Numbered from the stretch's first letter, positions 1-13,794 are shown. The stretch is 64,000 bases of DNA from Vitrella brassicaformis CCMP3155 (GCA_001179505.1 CDMY01000206.1:103344-167343), one strand, 5' to 3'. The notes: generated by a model from the letters alone, not told the origin. Program-made: numbers and translations.

Positions 1-1698
1 AATGCCCTGCCTTCTCGGCTGTTGTCCGCTTACGAGCTCTGTTCGTGGGTGTGCGAGCGCCCCCCCTGCCAGACAGACAGACAGACAGACGGGCGATATA
101 TGGGTGGGATGCATTGTGTCTTGGTGTCTGTCTTGCTTACATTGAGTGTGACGTTCTCTTTGCCGTCGCCGTCATAGTCGACGGTGACGACGGGCACGTC
201 GACCACCGGATGGAGATTGACGTGGTCCACCACTGTCGCCAACGCACACACCAGCTTGGTCCTGACCAACCTGCCTGCACACAGCATACCACAACACGGC
301 TCGGCCATCAGCACAGCATCATGCGTGTGTGTGTGGGGGGGGGGNNNNNNNNNNNNNNNNNNNNNNNNNNNNNNNNNNNNNNNNNNNNNNNNNNNNNNNN
401 NNNNNNNNNNNNNNNNNNNNNNNNNNNNNNNNNNNNNNNNNNNNNNNNNNNNNNNNNNNNNNNNNNNNNNNNNNNNNNNNNNNNNNNNNNNNNNNNNNNN
501 NNNNNNNNNNNNNNNNNNNNNNNNNNNNNNNNNNNNNNNNNNNNNNNNNNNNNNNNNNNNNNNNNNNNNNNNNNNNNNNNNNNNNNNNNNNNNNNNNNNN
601 NNNNNNNNNNNNNNNNNNNNNNNNNNNNNNNNNNNNNNNNNNNNGGGGGGGGGGGGGGGGGGGGGCGTGCACAGACCACTGAGCCCGAAGCAAGCGTGCT
701 TGGTGCCCATTTCCTCTCCCTCAAAGTGGATCTGCATCTTGATGATCCCGCCAGGCTTCAAAGCCACATTGGCACCCTTCTCGCTGGTGAAGCCCTCCAC
801 AGCCAGGGGGCCCACTAGGGGCTTCGCCGCTGGATTCTCACTCAAAAGCTTCATCTGTTTGACACACAGATACCTGCCTGCCTGCCACATACGTGCGTGT
901 GTCTGTGTCTGTAAGTGTAAGTCACCTTGAAGCCGTCAGCACCAAAGTAGGTAATCGTGTCGACGGTGACATCCTTGGCGCCATCGACCACCTCCAACTT
1001 GACGCTGTCCACCGCGCCCTGCGAGAACTCACCAGTGGGCAGCACCTGCCCCATGACAATCCAGTCGGGCCCGCTCAGGACGTCCTGCTTGTAGGGGCTG
1101 GTGTCGCCAATCAGCCCCACCGACACCACCGGCACTCCATCCATATTGACCATCAGCTCTCCTGTAATGATCGTGGCCCCGCTCGGCACCGGACTCTTGA
1201 GCTTGATGCCCACCACGGCCGTGTCGTTGGGCTTCATCGACCGGATGTCGCCCTCCTTGACCCATATCTGAAAGTCTGACGCGTACGGCCCCTCCTGCCA
1301 AAACAAACCACACAACAGAAGAAACAGACAAGGGGAGAAGGTGAGAGCGTCTGATTCCCTGCCTGCCTGCCTGCCTGCCTGACCACTGTGAAGGACGTCG
1401 CCACAGTGACGTCCTCGATGGCGTTCCGGACGGTCAGCGTCTGTGAGGTGCCCGTCCCGGCCTTGTCAAAGACCAAGAAGAGAGGGTCCACATCCAGCCC
1501 GCCAGCATAGAACCCCAGGCCTCGCTGCGCAAAGGCCAGCAGGAGAACGCTCGCAAACAGGACGACTGGTGCCCTTCGGACAGCTGAAGGCCTTGATGGG
1601 CATCTGGAGGGGCGGGCGGCCCAGGATGGAGGTGGCGCGATTTCCACAGTTGGTGGCGCCTCTGAAGGGCGTGGAGGCTCAAAGGCACGGCGTCTCAT
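1..1698 (-). CDS. Secreted multi-exon protein with Ig-like/PKD-like domains (runs off the window start; partial)
   Basis: First exon has a hydrophobic signal-like stretch (VVLFASVLLLAFAQRGLG). Beta-rich exons follow (QTLTVRNAIEDVTVATSF; LKSPVPSGATIITGELMVN). A PKD-like motif VVTVDYDGDGKENVTLN|GGRSHTHE is joined across a GT-AG intron. The gap at 345-644 lies inside the gene. Confidence 0.6.
345..644. other. Assembly gap (300 N) flanked by poly-G
   Basis: Run of N, exactly 300 long. Confidence 0.99.
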
Positions 1699-1979
1699 TC
1701 TCTGCTCTTTCCGCCTTTAGTGTGGCAAAATAAGGATCCGCCCCACTATTTCTGACGAGCAACAGTCGCCATCCGTGCTGACAACAGTCGCGGCGAAGGG
1801 GCCCAGGTCTGAACCTTTCACTTCCCTAATCCATCTCCTATTGATCCCGCTCGCGGGATGCGAGCCTGATCGCATGATCGGACAGAACTCATCGTTTTGG
1901 CTTTCCTTTGCCACGTAGAGGCCTCCAGCTGCATCTGTGAGGCCCTGGCACCCTCAAATCCCCTCGCTCGGGTCCCGGC

Positions 1980-4900
1980 TTGATGGACCTACACCAGGTG
2001 AGGGTCCTGATGGAAGTCCGAAGGAGGTCACGCAAACGGCATCATTTGTGTGGTTTTCTACATGGTGACAGGTGCGGAGGGCCTTCCAGGAGATCCAAAG
2101 CGACGTGGGCCGAACGGAAAATCCGTCATCAGAGAGGAATCCCATCTCATTCTCTCTCTGTGTTGTTGTGTGTGCAGATAAGTAGGAGTTTAGTATCGCA
2201 TCCTGACCAGCACCAGGTCGACGCTGCCGTCACGTTAGCCGCGCAGGTGAGGAAGGAGACTCAAATCCTCTGTGGGTGGGAGGTATTTCCATCTTGGTTC
2301 GTCCTGTGTCTTCAGCTGGGGGATGGTGCCAAGGCGTTGGAGGGTAGTATCGCGGACCTAAATGGCTTTCTAACAGAGCTATATGGGCAGCGGATTCACC
2401 TTGTTGCAGCAGGGACGCTGGCATCTGTCTCTGTGCTGTGCGGTGTCGGTTCAGGTGGGCGACATGGCGTCGCAGCTGCAGCAGCTGCAGCCATCGCACA
2501 TCACATCAGAGGTGAGCCAAGCATGCCAATGAGGGAGCGGGGAGCAGAGCTGTACGCACAATCCACGCATCCATCCATTTGTCCGGTTGCTGTGTGCAGG
2601 CGTCATTGCGTGCGGCCAGAGATGTGGGCTACCAGATGACGTTGATGGCCTCCCACATGGCTGCCGTGACCACACAGCTCGCACTGCAGCGGATACCGCT
2701 CGCAAGCGCCGTGGCTGCACTCACCGCATCGACGGCAGATGAGCCGCACCAAGAGCTACATCCGAAAGAGGAAACCAGCGACGCTGCCGCACCAGCACAG
2801 ACACAGGTAGCCAGGACACTCAAGACGAGCAGTGCAGCAGCTGTCATCAGAAGCACTCACTGCTCTCTTCTGTGTCTGTCAGGATGAGCCGCCGGGTCGT
2901 GTTCCGTCGTATCGGCTCGTATTTCGAAGCGGCAACAAGCCCATCAACGAACCGGTACGCACACCACACGTAGTGTACACACACCCGGCAGACACAACGA
3001 TATGACACCGACTCACATTCATATGTGCCTTCATCGCAGCCTGTCCTGAACCCTGATAACTGTGCATGCATCTTCGGCTCCCTCCAGCCCTGGGAGCTCG
3101 CACGGCTGCGGCCGGCCATCGGCAAGCACATCTTTCACCAAGCGGCCCAGCAGTACACCCACCTGACGATCGACAGCGATGACGGCGAGACGCGCGGCAT
3201 ATGGGAGCGAATGTCGTGCGAAATGGCGCATAGGTGGGGCCAGAGGAGCCGCAACCTCAAAGAACTGACCATCCGCCACCCCGAAGCCGACTGGTGCACG
3301 GCCACGCCAGCAGTGAGCAAACGAGCAGCAGCGCCGCATCGTCGTCAGCCATGGATGATGACACGGAGACCGGAGCCCCGCCCCTTCGCCATCCCCCCTC
3401 ACACGCCACACTCCAGGTACTGCGGTTCCAAGATGCCAATGGCTATGCTCGTGATTGGGACCCCCTCGGCCCGCCCCCCACCTCCCCCGTCCACCTGCCC
3501 GCCCTCACCACCGTCATCGACGTCCAGCCCGAGCATGCGGCTGCTCGGGTGGGCCGCAATTGGCACACGCCCAACATCCGAGTGCTGACGTTCCAGAACA
3601 CCTATAGCGGCGACGACGAGTTTGAGGGGGCGCGGCAGTGGATTGGGGACGGTACCCGGCTGGAGAAGCTCGAGTATGATATACGCGGGTACGGCGGACG
3701 GATACACATGGGTGCGGGGAAGTACCGTGTGGCAGGCATGAACGGACACCGTCTCGTCGTGGTGTGCAGATGTGGATCAGAAAACGACGACTTTCTCCAT
3801 GGGGTGCCGGAGGGCCAATCGCTGTCGGGTCTGCGTTCCCTCGGCCGCGTGCGCGTCTACTGTGACAGCACGGGTTCTGAGTGGGAGCCTGCCGAGATGC
3901 AGGGCTTCCGCGATCTGCTGGTGCGCCGGGGGTGCGTCAAGACCATCCGTGAGATGCAGCTGGATTTCGGAGAGCAGAGATGCGAGGAGGGGTATCTGGA
4001 GGACACAGCCGAGACGAGAGAGCTGATCGAAAGGGCAGCAGAGCTCGTGTAAGGCCGGCCACACAGAGAGAGTGTCTTGCATGCCTCGTACTTCAGCCGT
4101 GTGTGTTTCTTTTGTTCCTGTCTCTCTTTCAGTGACGCCGTGATGCACCCTGACGCCCTCAGCCAGCCGCTGATGCCGTGCCTCCACGACATCGGCAAGA
4201 TCGACTACCAGCTGGTCACATGGGGCCTCGCCCACCCCTCCCCCACCGTCAGGAAGCTCGTGGCTGACTACGCCAGCGGAGTGCGCATCGTGGGGTTCAA
4301 GGACCCCACACGCAATTTGCCTGCCCAGCCGGTGACGCCCACGGCATTTCCGAAAGCCACCGCCTTCTGCCTCCGATCTACACGGATCGCCAAAGCGGTG
4401 GAGGCAGCGCAACAGATGCCCTCACTGGAGTGCGTCGAGGCCGAGAGCCCCAGTGCGGTGCGGGACTTCCTCGAGGCATTTCACGCCGCAGCCCCGGACA
4501 AGACTATCGGCCGGGTGACGCTCGAGCTGCCCGCAACCAGCCTGACCGGCAGACCCTCATTTCATGAACTGGGCAAGAACCGCAATCCGCTGCCGCCGAT
4601 CGAGGAGCTGTGCCTCTACGTAGAAGGTGGGCAGACAACGTGCTAACAACAATCGCGGCGACGGGGCTGAATTGTATGTATGTATGTGTGTAGGTTTTTT
4701 GACGGATCATTTGAGTCTCGGGATTCATGATTCGCGACTCGAGTGGCTTCACGGCAGTGTGCTGGCCTTCCTGCAGGCAGCCAGCGATGTCAAGGCAAGA
4801 AGGGACGAAGGAACAAACGCATTGCTGGATGGCCCTGTTGCTTTGCTGCATGCAATGCCATGCAATGCGATGCGATGCAGGGCACTAAGCGCACATACGT

Positions 4901-5024
4901 CACCTTCTACGACAACTTTCTGGCTTGCGATATCGCCAAACGGTTTGCGGCTGCCACGCCCTGTTCAACCTCTCGAGCACCAAGTTTCGGCTGCAGTGGG
5001 CTAAATCGGATAGGCTCGAGCTGA
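1980..5024 (+). CDS. Lineage-specific coiled-coil + F-box-like + LRR-like protein (possible frameshift near 3295)
   Basis: Spliced exons: ISRSLVSHPDQHQVDAAVTLAAQ; an F-box-like PVLNPDNCACIFGSLQPWELARLRPAIGKHIFHQAA; LRR-like LPALTTV..WHTPNIRVLTF and LSGLRSLGRV. Similar architecture to the 25440-28180 gene. Start uncertain. Confidence 0.6.
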
Positions 5025-5312
5025 CGCGGCTCGAGTAGACACGCAGATCAGATCCGCTGGCTGACTAGTGACTAGAGAGATGTCGATATTGTGTATAATA
5101 CAAGGGTCACTCACTGCCTCAGACGACCAGGAAGTGAATCTATTTTCCATTGTCACGTCCCATAAGTCTCAAGTAGGCTTAAATTGACCATGTCATGTAG
5201 CAGTCACCTAATTCATTCCGACCGCTTTACTGCGGCGGGCTTCGCTCTCACACGACTCGCACGGTCACACAGGTGCCAAAGCATGCGCTAAGGGCACACT
5301 GCTAGAGGCACA

Positions 5313-7205
5313 CTAGAAAGCTCTGCTGGCACTGCTAGGCAACACACGCATCTTGGCAGCCAACCCAACGCCGCACTCCACCATCATGGGATGACCGTCC
5401 TGTCTGCAGCACACACACATAGCCAGAGAGAGAGACGTACTGCACGATGCACACAGCATGGTGCATGCGGTTGCCTCTTTGAACTCACCCGGCGACGTGC
5501 AGCACCACCAGAGAGAGCACGGGCTGAACGGCCAATAGGTCCCAGCCTGCTGGCCAGCCGGCAGCACACCTCCCGTCTCCGCCCAGCCTCCTTTCGGCCG
5601 GGGCGTGACGGCTTTCGACTCGATCATGGCGGCCGCCGTCTCCTTGAGAGACTGCTCCCACGGCATCAGTTGAATACCGATAGACGACAGAGGACTGACG
5701 ATGACCACCACACAGATAACATGATATGAAGGCCAGCCCGGCTGTGCGTGTGGTATCGTTTGGGTGTCCACCTTGTGTCGAAGAGCTTGAGCGGCTGTGA
5801 CAATGACGGGTCGTCGTCGACGAACTCGTAGGGGCACGTGTAGTCGTACTGCGGGAAGGCCCTCTGCAGCTCGGCATAAAGCATCGGGGGAGGCACTACA
5901 CACACACACACACGCACAGAGAGAGAGAGAGAGAGGTTACCTGGACAAATGTGTCGTCCGTCTGTTCTGCCTGACTCACCATCAAAATCTGTCGATACGA
6001 TGAAACGCTTCCCGTTGGCACTGCTCAGCTCAGCGGCGGCAATGTGGGCATCGGCGACGTCACGCACATCACAAAATGACAGAAACCCAGTGAACTCAAC
6101 GCCTGACACACACCACACCACACCACACACACAGCAGGTTGGACACAATGCGACGGCTGTCTGACCACACGGTGTGATCGGTCATCTTACCTTCGATTAG
6201 TGGTTTGATGAAAGAGAGAGAGCTGGTGATCTTATTGACCAGCGGAGGGGGGCCGATGACACAGGCGGGATGGATCGTAGCCATAGGGATGCCGCACTCC
6301 TCGCTCGCCTTCCAACACTCACGCTCAGCCTTAATCTGACACACACACACACATTCAGGACGGCATGCTCTTGTTTCCCTATGCGCCTGGCCTGCCTGCC
6401 TGCCTGCCTGCCTTCTCACCTTGGAGATCGCATATCCCTTCATTGCCGGTGGCCCTGGGCTTGCCTCCAGCTGTTTCTCATCCATCCAGTCGTCCCCCGT
6501 TAGCACCCTGCTGCCCTCCCCCTCCTTGCTCTTCGGCAGCGACAGCCGCATCACCGGCATGTCCACCGTCTCGCCGTCTTTCCGCGCCTTGGCCATCTGG
6601 GCGGCCAAGTCGCCAATGGTGACCATGCTGGAGGTGAAGATGAGCTTCTTGACGCTGCCCGAGGCCTTCTTAATGGCCGCCCACACGTTCTCGACGCCCT
6701 TGGTGGCCGGCTGGATGAACTGCTGGAAGTCCTGATCGTCAGGGATCCCGCCGTCCTCGGTGATCTGCGGCACGGGTGAGGCCACATGAAACACCAGACT
6801 GCAGCCGGCAACCACGCTGTCCAGAGATCCTGGACGGCGACGATAGAACATCACGCAGACCAGACAGGATCCATCCATATATCGTCCATCGTGCTGTACC
6901 TACCGGGGACAGTGACGTCGGCCTCGATGAGCTCAAGCCTGCCCTTTTTGTCTTTGTCGGCCTTGGCTGCGATGGGCTCCAGGCCAGACTTGGCGATGGA
7001 CCTCACCGGCGCCCTCACCGTACAACCTGCAGACAGAAAGGGACCAAGATGGAATGAGAAATGAGCCCCTGAGGGAAACGTGGAGCGGCAGCTCCATGGG
7101 CTGGCTACCTCTATCCAGCAGATGGATGACGACCTGAGCACCGACGAGGCCAGATCCCCCGGTCACGCAAACGGTCTTGCCGTCGATGGGCTCCTTGCCA
7201 GACAT
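5313..7205 (-). CDS. NAD(P)-dependent epimerase/dehydratase (extended SDR; DFR/cinnamoyl-CoA reductase-like)
   Basis: MSGKEPIDGKTVCVTGGSGLVG (TGxxGxxG motif), VFHVASP, LIFTSS, catalytic YAISK (YxxxK), IHPACVIGP, CDVRDVADAHI, GKRFIV. Multi-exon; 3' end approximate. Confidence 0.9.
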
Positions 7206-7285
7206 GACGCCAGACGACGATTCAGTGAGAGAGTCTGTCAGCACAGCACTGACGAAGAGCATTTCCGTCTGGAATCTCCCACCTG

Positions 7286-7295
7286 AGCTCGCAGA
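7286..7295 (+). promoter_or_regulatory. Candidate promoter motif AGCTCGCAGA
   Basis: Exact 10-mer in the ~220-bp gap between the divergent SDR and BTB-TLDc genes; recurs in four other divergent promoters. Confidence 0.55.
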
Positions 7296-7424
7296 CCGAT
7301 CATCCCACCCCCGTTAGGCCCGGCGTCCCCCCCATCCCGCGCGCAGCAGAACGCAGAGGCTTCGCTGCATCGAGATCTATCGATTCGGGACACCAGCAGT
7401 CATCGCCTTGTATCTGCATGCACC

Positions 7425-9850
7425 ATGGGATCCGCACTCTCGCCGGCCGGCAAGGACACGGAAGAGATGCTGCTGAACGTGGGAGGGACGCCCATGACCT
7501 TCCCGCGTGACCGGCTGCTCCGTCGAGGCCTAAGGGATACCTGCTTGGCTGTGCTGCTGCATCGCTTTGAGGACTGGATGGTCAAAGATGACATCGGCAC
7601 GCCATTCATCGACGCAGATCCCAAGTTCTTCATTCGGTGAGAGCCACGCCGAGATGACAGCTCACAAGCGATACAGCGCAGTCATACGTGGATACTGCTG
7701 TGTTTGTGTCAAGGCTGGCCGCCGGCCTGCGTCAGATGTGGAGCAGCTGGGTGAGCTCAGGACAGGCTTGCGGTGGTGACACTGCATTGGCCTTTTACTA
7801 CGACCGCTTCATGGCCAAGACGACCCTCCGGATCGAGCCACAGCCCGGCGATAGTGAGATTGACGCCTTCCGTGCCTTCATGGCCGCAATGGGCCACTTC
7901 ATCAAGACGTCCTGTGGTGGGACGGGCGGCACTAAGGTGCTCACCATCAACGGACACGTCGTGTCGACCACCGACGCCACCCTGGCGGCATTCACAACAC
8001 TCAACAAGCGGTTCACCGAGTGAGCCTTGCGGGCAGCACACCAATAAGGAGTCAGAACAACGAGAGTGTCACCCGTGCTGTTGTTTGTGCAGGTACAGTG
8101 GCCCGGTTCTGACCTCTCTCAACCACTTCCACAAGTAAGTCGAGATGTGTGTGAGTCCAGGGCAAACAAACATAGGTGCCTGGTTTGCTCTCACAACACA
8201 CATAGGGTGGTGGACTATGCCCGGCGCCGTCGCATCGCCCCTGCCGACGCCGTCATCGAGTTGCCCACGTGTGAGGATGGCGACGTTGAGCTGTCGCTCG
8301 CGGTTGAGATGTACGGCCTGCTGGACGACGGCTGTCCCAACATACTCTCTGCCGACACCATGAGCACACTGCTCAGCATGACCGGCAAAATGCACGCGCT
8401 ATGCCTCTTCAAGTGAGCAATGGATCGCGGACATGGCAAAAGGGAAATTGTACCACACGGGTATGATGTTTTTTTGTCCGTCAGGAGCTCAATCCACGGC
8501 TGTGAGTTCGAGACGTTGCTTGCGCGAGCGGCCGGTGCGTATGGCCTGCTGTTCGTCATCGAGGATGAGCACCACCACACGCTCGCGTGCCACATGGACG
8601 GCCCCTTTATCCCCCCCGCTGACCCCACATCAGCACTGACCACCGGCTGCCCCGTCACCTTCTTTTCCATCAGCGGCCCATTCTTGGAGGGCATCACCAA
8701 AATCAACATACCCCACAATTGGCAGTGTGTGGACGTCGCCGGCACCGAGGGGGCGGTAAAGACCGACAAGGGTGCGTCATGCGGCAAGGTCGCCATCAGT
8801 GGCGGCCGCCTGTGGCTGGGTCACAAGGATGGGCGGCCGAATAGCGACCTTCGGCACTGCCAGCAGTGGCTGCGGAGGGATGATCTGCCCGACGGCGGCG
8901 AGACGTACATGGGCAGCTACGACGAGGCGGGATCGGCCACACTAGCTGCCACCTATTACTTCACCGCCACGCGACTGGAAGTGTACCAGGTCAGCCACAC
9001 ATGGCCATGAAGCGTCGATTCCATGGATACCTCATGACTCTCCATTGTGTTGCTGATGTGGTGCGTGTCAGGTGTGGAGCACTCGTCCGGCTGACCCCAT
9101 CCTCTCCGCTGACGACCTGCAGGCCCTCGTCGACATGGCGACCGACACACCGATGACCGCACAGCTCCTCTATAAGTGAGTGAAGTGCCAAAGGAGGGGC
9201 CATTGCTGATGTTCAAGAGCACTCCCGCTCTCTTGCCTCTTTGTGTGTGTAAGGGGCGAGCGTGACGGCTGGACCTATGAGGCCCTCTTCGCCAAGGTGG
9301 GCGGTGCGGTCAATCTGCTGCTGCTCTTCAAGGACACCGGCGCCCACACCTTCGCCAGCCACATCAAGGGGCAGCTCAAGCCGCCATCCGACCCCACGGC
9401 AGTCGAGACGACACCCTGCCCCGTCACCTTCTACTCCATCAGTGGCGCATTTGAGCCGCAGGGCATCACCAAGATCACCGTGCCCTACAACAGGCAGCGC
9501 GTGCAGGTCGCCGGCATTGAGGGGGCGGTGACGGGAACGAAGGACATTGCCGGCAAGGTGGCCATCGCTGGCGGCCGCTTGTGGTTGGGGTACCAGTCCG
9601 TCAAGGGTGGTCCGGCTGGCGACCTTCGCAGCGGGTGTCAGTGGGTGCTGAAGGATGAGCTGCCCGACGGCGGCAGGACATATCTCGGCGGCTTCGACAG
9701 TCATGGATGGGCCACCCTTGCTGCCAGTCATCTGTTCACGTGTGCCGATCTGGAGATCTATACACTGCAGCAGGTCAGAGAAGGAGTGGAGAGTGGAGGG
9801 GGCACAGCACAGCACGGCACATATCGTGTTTCGCTTCTGTTCAGGCGTAA
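7425..9850 (+). CDS. KCTD-type BTB domain(s) + two tandem TLDc domains
   Basis: EEMLLNVGGTPMTF...FIDADPKFF (T1/KCTD BTB) and a degenerate second BTB-like segment (VLTINGHVVSTTDATL...FHKVVDYARR). Two homologous TLDc repeats (LFK|SSIHGCEFETLL...GRLWLG...FTATRLEVYQV and LLYK|GERDGWTYEALF...GRLWLG...FTCADLEIYTL). Confidence 0.8.
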
Positions 9851-10375
9851 CAGATGCTGCTGTTTTATCGAGCTGTGACACTCTTTTATCGATCTTCATG
9901 TATATACAGCCTCTATATATACAGTCTCATGTATTTGTCTGGCTACCCGCATGGCTTGCCTGCGATTGCAAGCCGGCACATCATGCATTTGAGATGCATT
10001 GCGTGTGTCTGTCGCGGTCAAGCGGCTTTTGGTGTCCGAACATGCGGTGACAACGGGACTCTGTAGCCTTTCCATTGGCTCAATTTGCATTGGCCCGATT
10101 TGAGAATGATACTGCGATCGGTCTTTGCGTACACGACGTCGACATGCAGAGAGACACGGAAACACACACGAAGGGGCATGTCTCTCAGACGACACTGGCA
10201 TGGGCAAAGGGGGCAGGGATGTGCCTGTCTGTTGGTCACTCATCATCGCCATTCTTCATCCAGTGAAAATAACGGCACCCACCCACATGAAGCGGCCTGC
10301 CTCTCTCTGCAGAGTGAGTCTGCTCCACCAACCCACACACGTACACCGACACACAGGGAGAGACACGACACTCAC

Positions 10376-13300
10376 TCAGGCAGCCGCAGCCTCTTTCGTG
10401 GCCTTGTCTCCCTTGCTGTCCTTGCTGCCCTTGGTGGCCTTGCTGCCTGCCTGCCTCTTGTGCTTCTTGTTGGAGTGTGTGTTGGGTCGCAGCACGATGG
10501 TCTTGCCCTCGCCATGCGACACAGTGAACCTCTTCTGGCCTGCCTCGCGAAACACACCCACCAGACCGAACTTGGGCTTGGGCGAAAAGGGCGACACCAC
10601 AATGCCCTTCAGCTTAGGAAAACTCGCAAAGGCCGCAGCGGCCGCCTCAGCCAACGAGCGGAACATGGCCTTGGCCTCATTCTCACTCAAACGCATCTCT
10701 TTGTAGCGGATGCTCATGTCGACCTCGAGAGCAGCCAGACGGCCCGCTAGCACTTGCCTGCCTGCCTCACCCTCACCACCGTACAACTGCCACTGCACTG
10801 AGTGATGCACTTGACCTGGCTGCCCACCGAACATGGGATAGAGGGAGACGGTGGCCTTGATGGTCACGGCGAGGTCGCTGCCGGCAGCTGGCAAAAACGC
10901 ACAGCCGGCAGGCACGAGACACAGCGTAGCATCGGGGTCGGCACGGGCAGAGAGCTCAAACTGCAAATGGTCGGCCGACGTGAGACCCGACAGCACATCA
11001 CCCACACCATGCTCGTAGAATGCAGCATCACGCCCCCCATCATTCAACACGACAGACTCGACATTCGGGAACATCGACCCGCTGTTCTGACGGATGTAGG
11101 CAGGCAGATCGGACACCTGCACGTAACCGCCCGACTCGACAGTGAGCAAACGAGCAGATGAGAAGACGACCGAGCCGAGCTGGGGGGTGCTCTTGGCATA
11201 GTTGCCCTGGTTGCCGTTGGCCTGCAGGGTCGCGTGCTTGGCCTGCTGGCAGCAGATCTTGAGGGTGTCGATGGCGGCTGTGAGTGTGTCGGTGCTGCCA
11301 GTGAAAGGCAGGCGCACTCTCAGTCCCTCGGGAGGGCCGCGGTCGGGGCAGTGCTTGTAGGTCTCGCTCGCGCCGTCGGCCAAACACGAAATGCGAAACG
11401 AATGCAACTTCTGAAGCAACGACACACACGCACAGGAGACACAATGACCATGGTTTCGGTGTCTTGTGCCAAGGGTATGCTCTCACCTGGATGGTGTCTG
11501 CTGATCTGATTTCGGGCAGGGAGAGCTGCACCTTGCGCAGGCGGCTTTTGTTGGGGGCGATGGGGCCGGTGAAGAGGTCCTTGAATTGCTCGACGGAAGA
11601 TCTGTTGTCGTACCAGCCGTGGTAGTACTGCTCCTGATTCTTGATGGTGATGCGGCCGGTCAGACTCCTCAGACTCTTGGCTGATGGAGACGGAATGAAA
11701 CGGAGAAGGGCCGATATGGGTGCTTTCCTGTGTATGACCCACCTGTCTTGGTGTTTTGGATGCTTTTCTTGATCTGGTCGAGGCGCACCATGTGGTCACA
11801 GTTGGGGTCGTCTTGCGAGACAATGTGAGAAACCGACACCACAAACAATCCATCGATATGACACGACATGCCCCTGCCTTGCCCCCGGTGTTTGTTCTCT
11901 TCTGCTCCCTCGTTCGCTCACCGGATCGTACATGAGGTGGAGCGACGACAGGCCAGGAGAGGCCTCGTTGTCCACCCAGCCCATACCTTTGAAGCCTCTG
12001 CGGACGTACAGGATGTCCACACTCGCCACGCTCAGATGCCGCAGGGCCGGCAGCTCATACGCGCGCTCGCTCGTGGCGTTGGCCCACACGGTGTTGACGG
12101 CGGCCCGTGTCAGCTCGAGGAACTTGAGTGGCTTGTATCTGCGGTCCAGGTCGGCCTCCTTGATGTCCCTCCAGCGCGCCGCGTACTCGTTCCGCCGTCG
12201 GTACCGCCTCTTGCTGCGCTTGGTGTGGCCGTGCAGCTCCACGGCCTCGATCGTGCGGGCGAATCGCTCGAGGAGACCGACGAGGGTGGGAGTCGGTGGG
12301 TGGTGCACGTCAGCTCGCGACACTCAGACAAACGACCTGCACACACATACAAACACGGAATGACACACGGGGTGGCTCTGCAGCTGTGTGTGTAGTCTTG
12401 GTGTAGCCGACCAGGCAGTCTCTTAGCGATGTGCTCGGGAGGGTCGCTGTGTATGTCCAGTATGGGGTGCACGCGGGCCTGTTGGCTGAGGGTGTGGAAG
12501 TGGGTGCAGACGGGGGCGAGCGAGGTCATGAAGGTGTGGAAGCCGAGGTAGGCGCCGAGCCCCATGCCCTCCTCGGTCGTCATCCACAGCGCCTCAGGCA
12601 ACTCCTCCAAAGCAGAACGCAACTGACGGCACATCACACACATACACAGACAGGGGAAATGGAAAACAGTGAATGGTGTGGACACCATCTCCCTCCCCTG
12701 CCCCTCTCTCTCCGTGTGCCTGTGGTGTGGTGGGACTGACCTCCTCTTTGTCCAGATTGTTCATTGTGTGTTGCAGATCGTCGAGTTTCTTGATACATGC
12801 TTCCATCTGCTCGGCCGCCGTCTCGTCGGCGTTGCGCACCTGCATCTTGGCGTCCTTCATCACCATCGCCTTCCACACGCAGAAGTGACGCTCGACCTCC
12901 TGCAACATACCGCACAGGCAGGCCAGGAAGGCACACCCATGGATCTGTGTGGTGCGTTCGATGTGCGTGTGTGTGTGTGTGTGTGTCGTTTTTTGCCCAC
13001 GCACCTGTATGCGATTCTGTTTGGTCTGTGTGTCGGGTTCGGGAATGGCCATCTTAACATCCAACACTTGCTCAGCCTGAACGAAAGAAGGAAACAAAGA
13101 AAGAAAGAAACAAACAAACAAAGAAAGAAAGAAACAAACATAGCCATCTGCTCTCTCATCTCTCCCCGCCTCTCTTGCTTTTGACTGCACCCACGTGTGT
13201 ACCTTTGCTTTGGCTTCGTTCATCATGTTGAGTTGCGCCTTTAGCTTGTAAGCCACCCTGGACAGAGCCTTCAACGCATCCTCGGGACCGGCCTCAAACT

Positions 13301-13707
13301 CATCCTGCACACACACATGGGTGGTGGAATACAACACACACGTGAAATACGTCCATCTCGCTCCTTCCCACACCTCTCCCTCTGTGTGTGGTCACACATA
13401 CCTTCATGTCCACGTCAGGTGTCAGTGCCTTAGTCTTCTTGGCCCGCTTCACGCCCTTCTTGTCCATCTCGTCCTCCCCTCCCTTGCCCTTGACGGTCTT
13501 GTTGCCAACGCGGCGCGCCTTGCGCTTGTTCTTGGCGCCCCGCACACGTCGACCCTTCTCCCAGTCGCTGCAGTCACTGCTGCTCTCACACGGCGCCATC
13601 GGCTCATCCACTGCCTTGCGCTTCATCTGCACAGCAGCCGCAGCAGATGCAGCGGCCTGAATGGCGGCCTGGCGCTTCGGGCGGGCAGGACGGGCGTCGG
13701 TCTGCAT
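10376..13707 (-). CDS. F-box-like/LRR-like protein with basic low-complexity N-terminus and coiled coil (paralog A)
   Basis: About 10 exons. F-box-like LEELPEALW...GLGAYLG...SLAPVCTHFHTL; LPALRHLSV; SLRSLTGRI; 349-aa terminal exon. Colinear with the 14803-18085 gene. Confidence 0.7.
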
Positions 13708-13794
13708 CAGGGGCGGGACGAAAAAGAGGATGAGAGCTCAGCAGCCTCGAAAGAGAGAACGGAAAAAAGGGAGCGATGGATGTACAGTCCGGAC

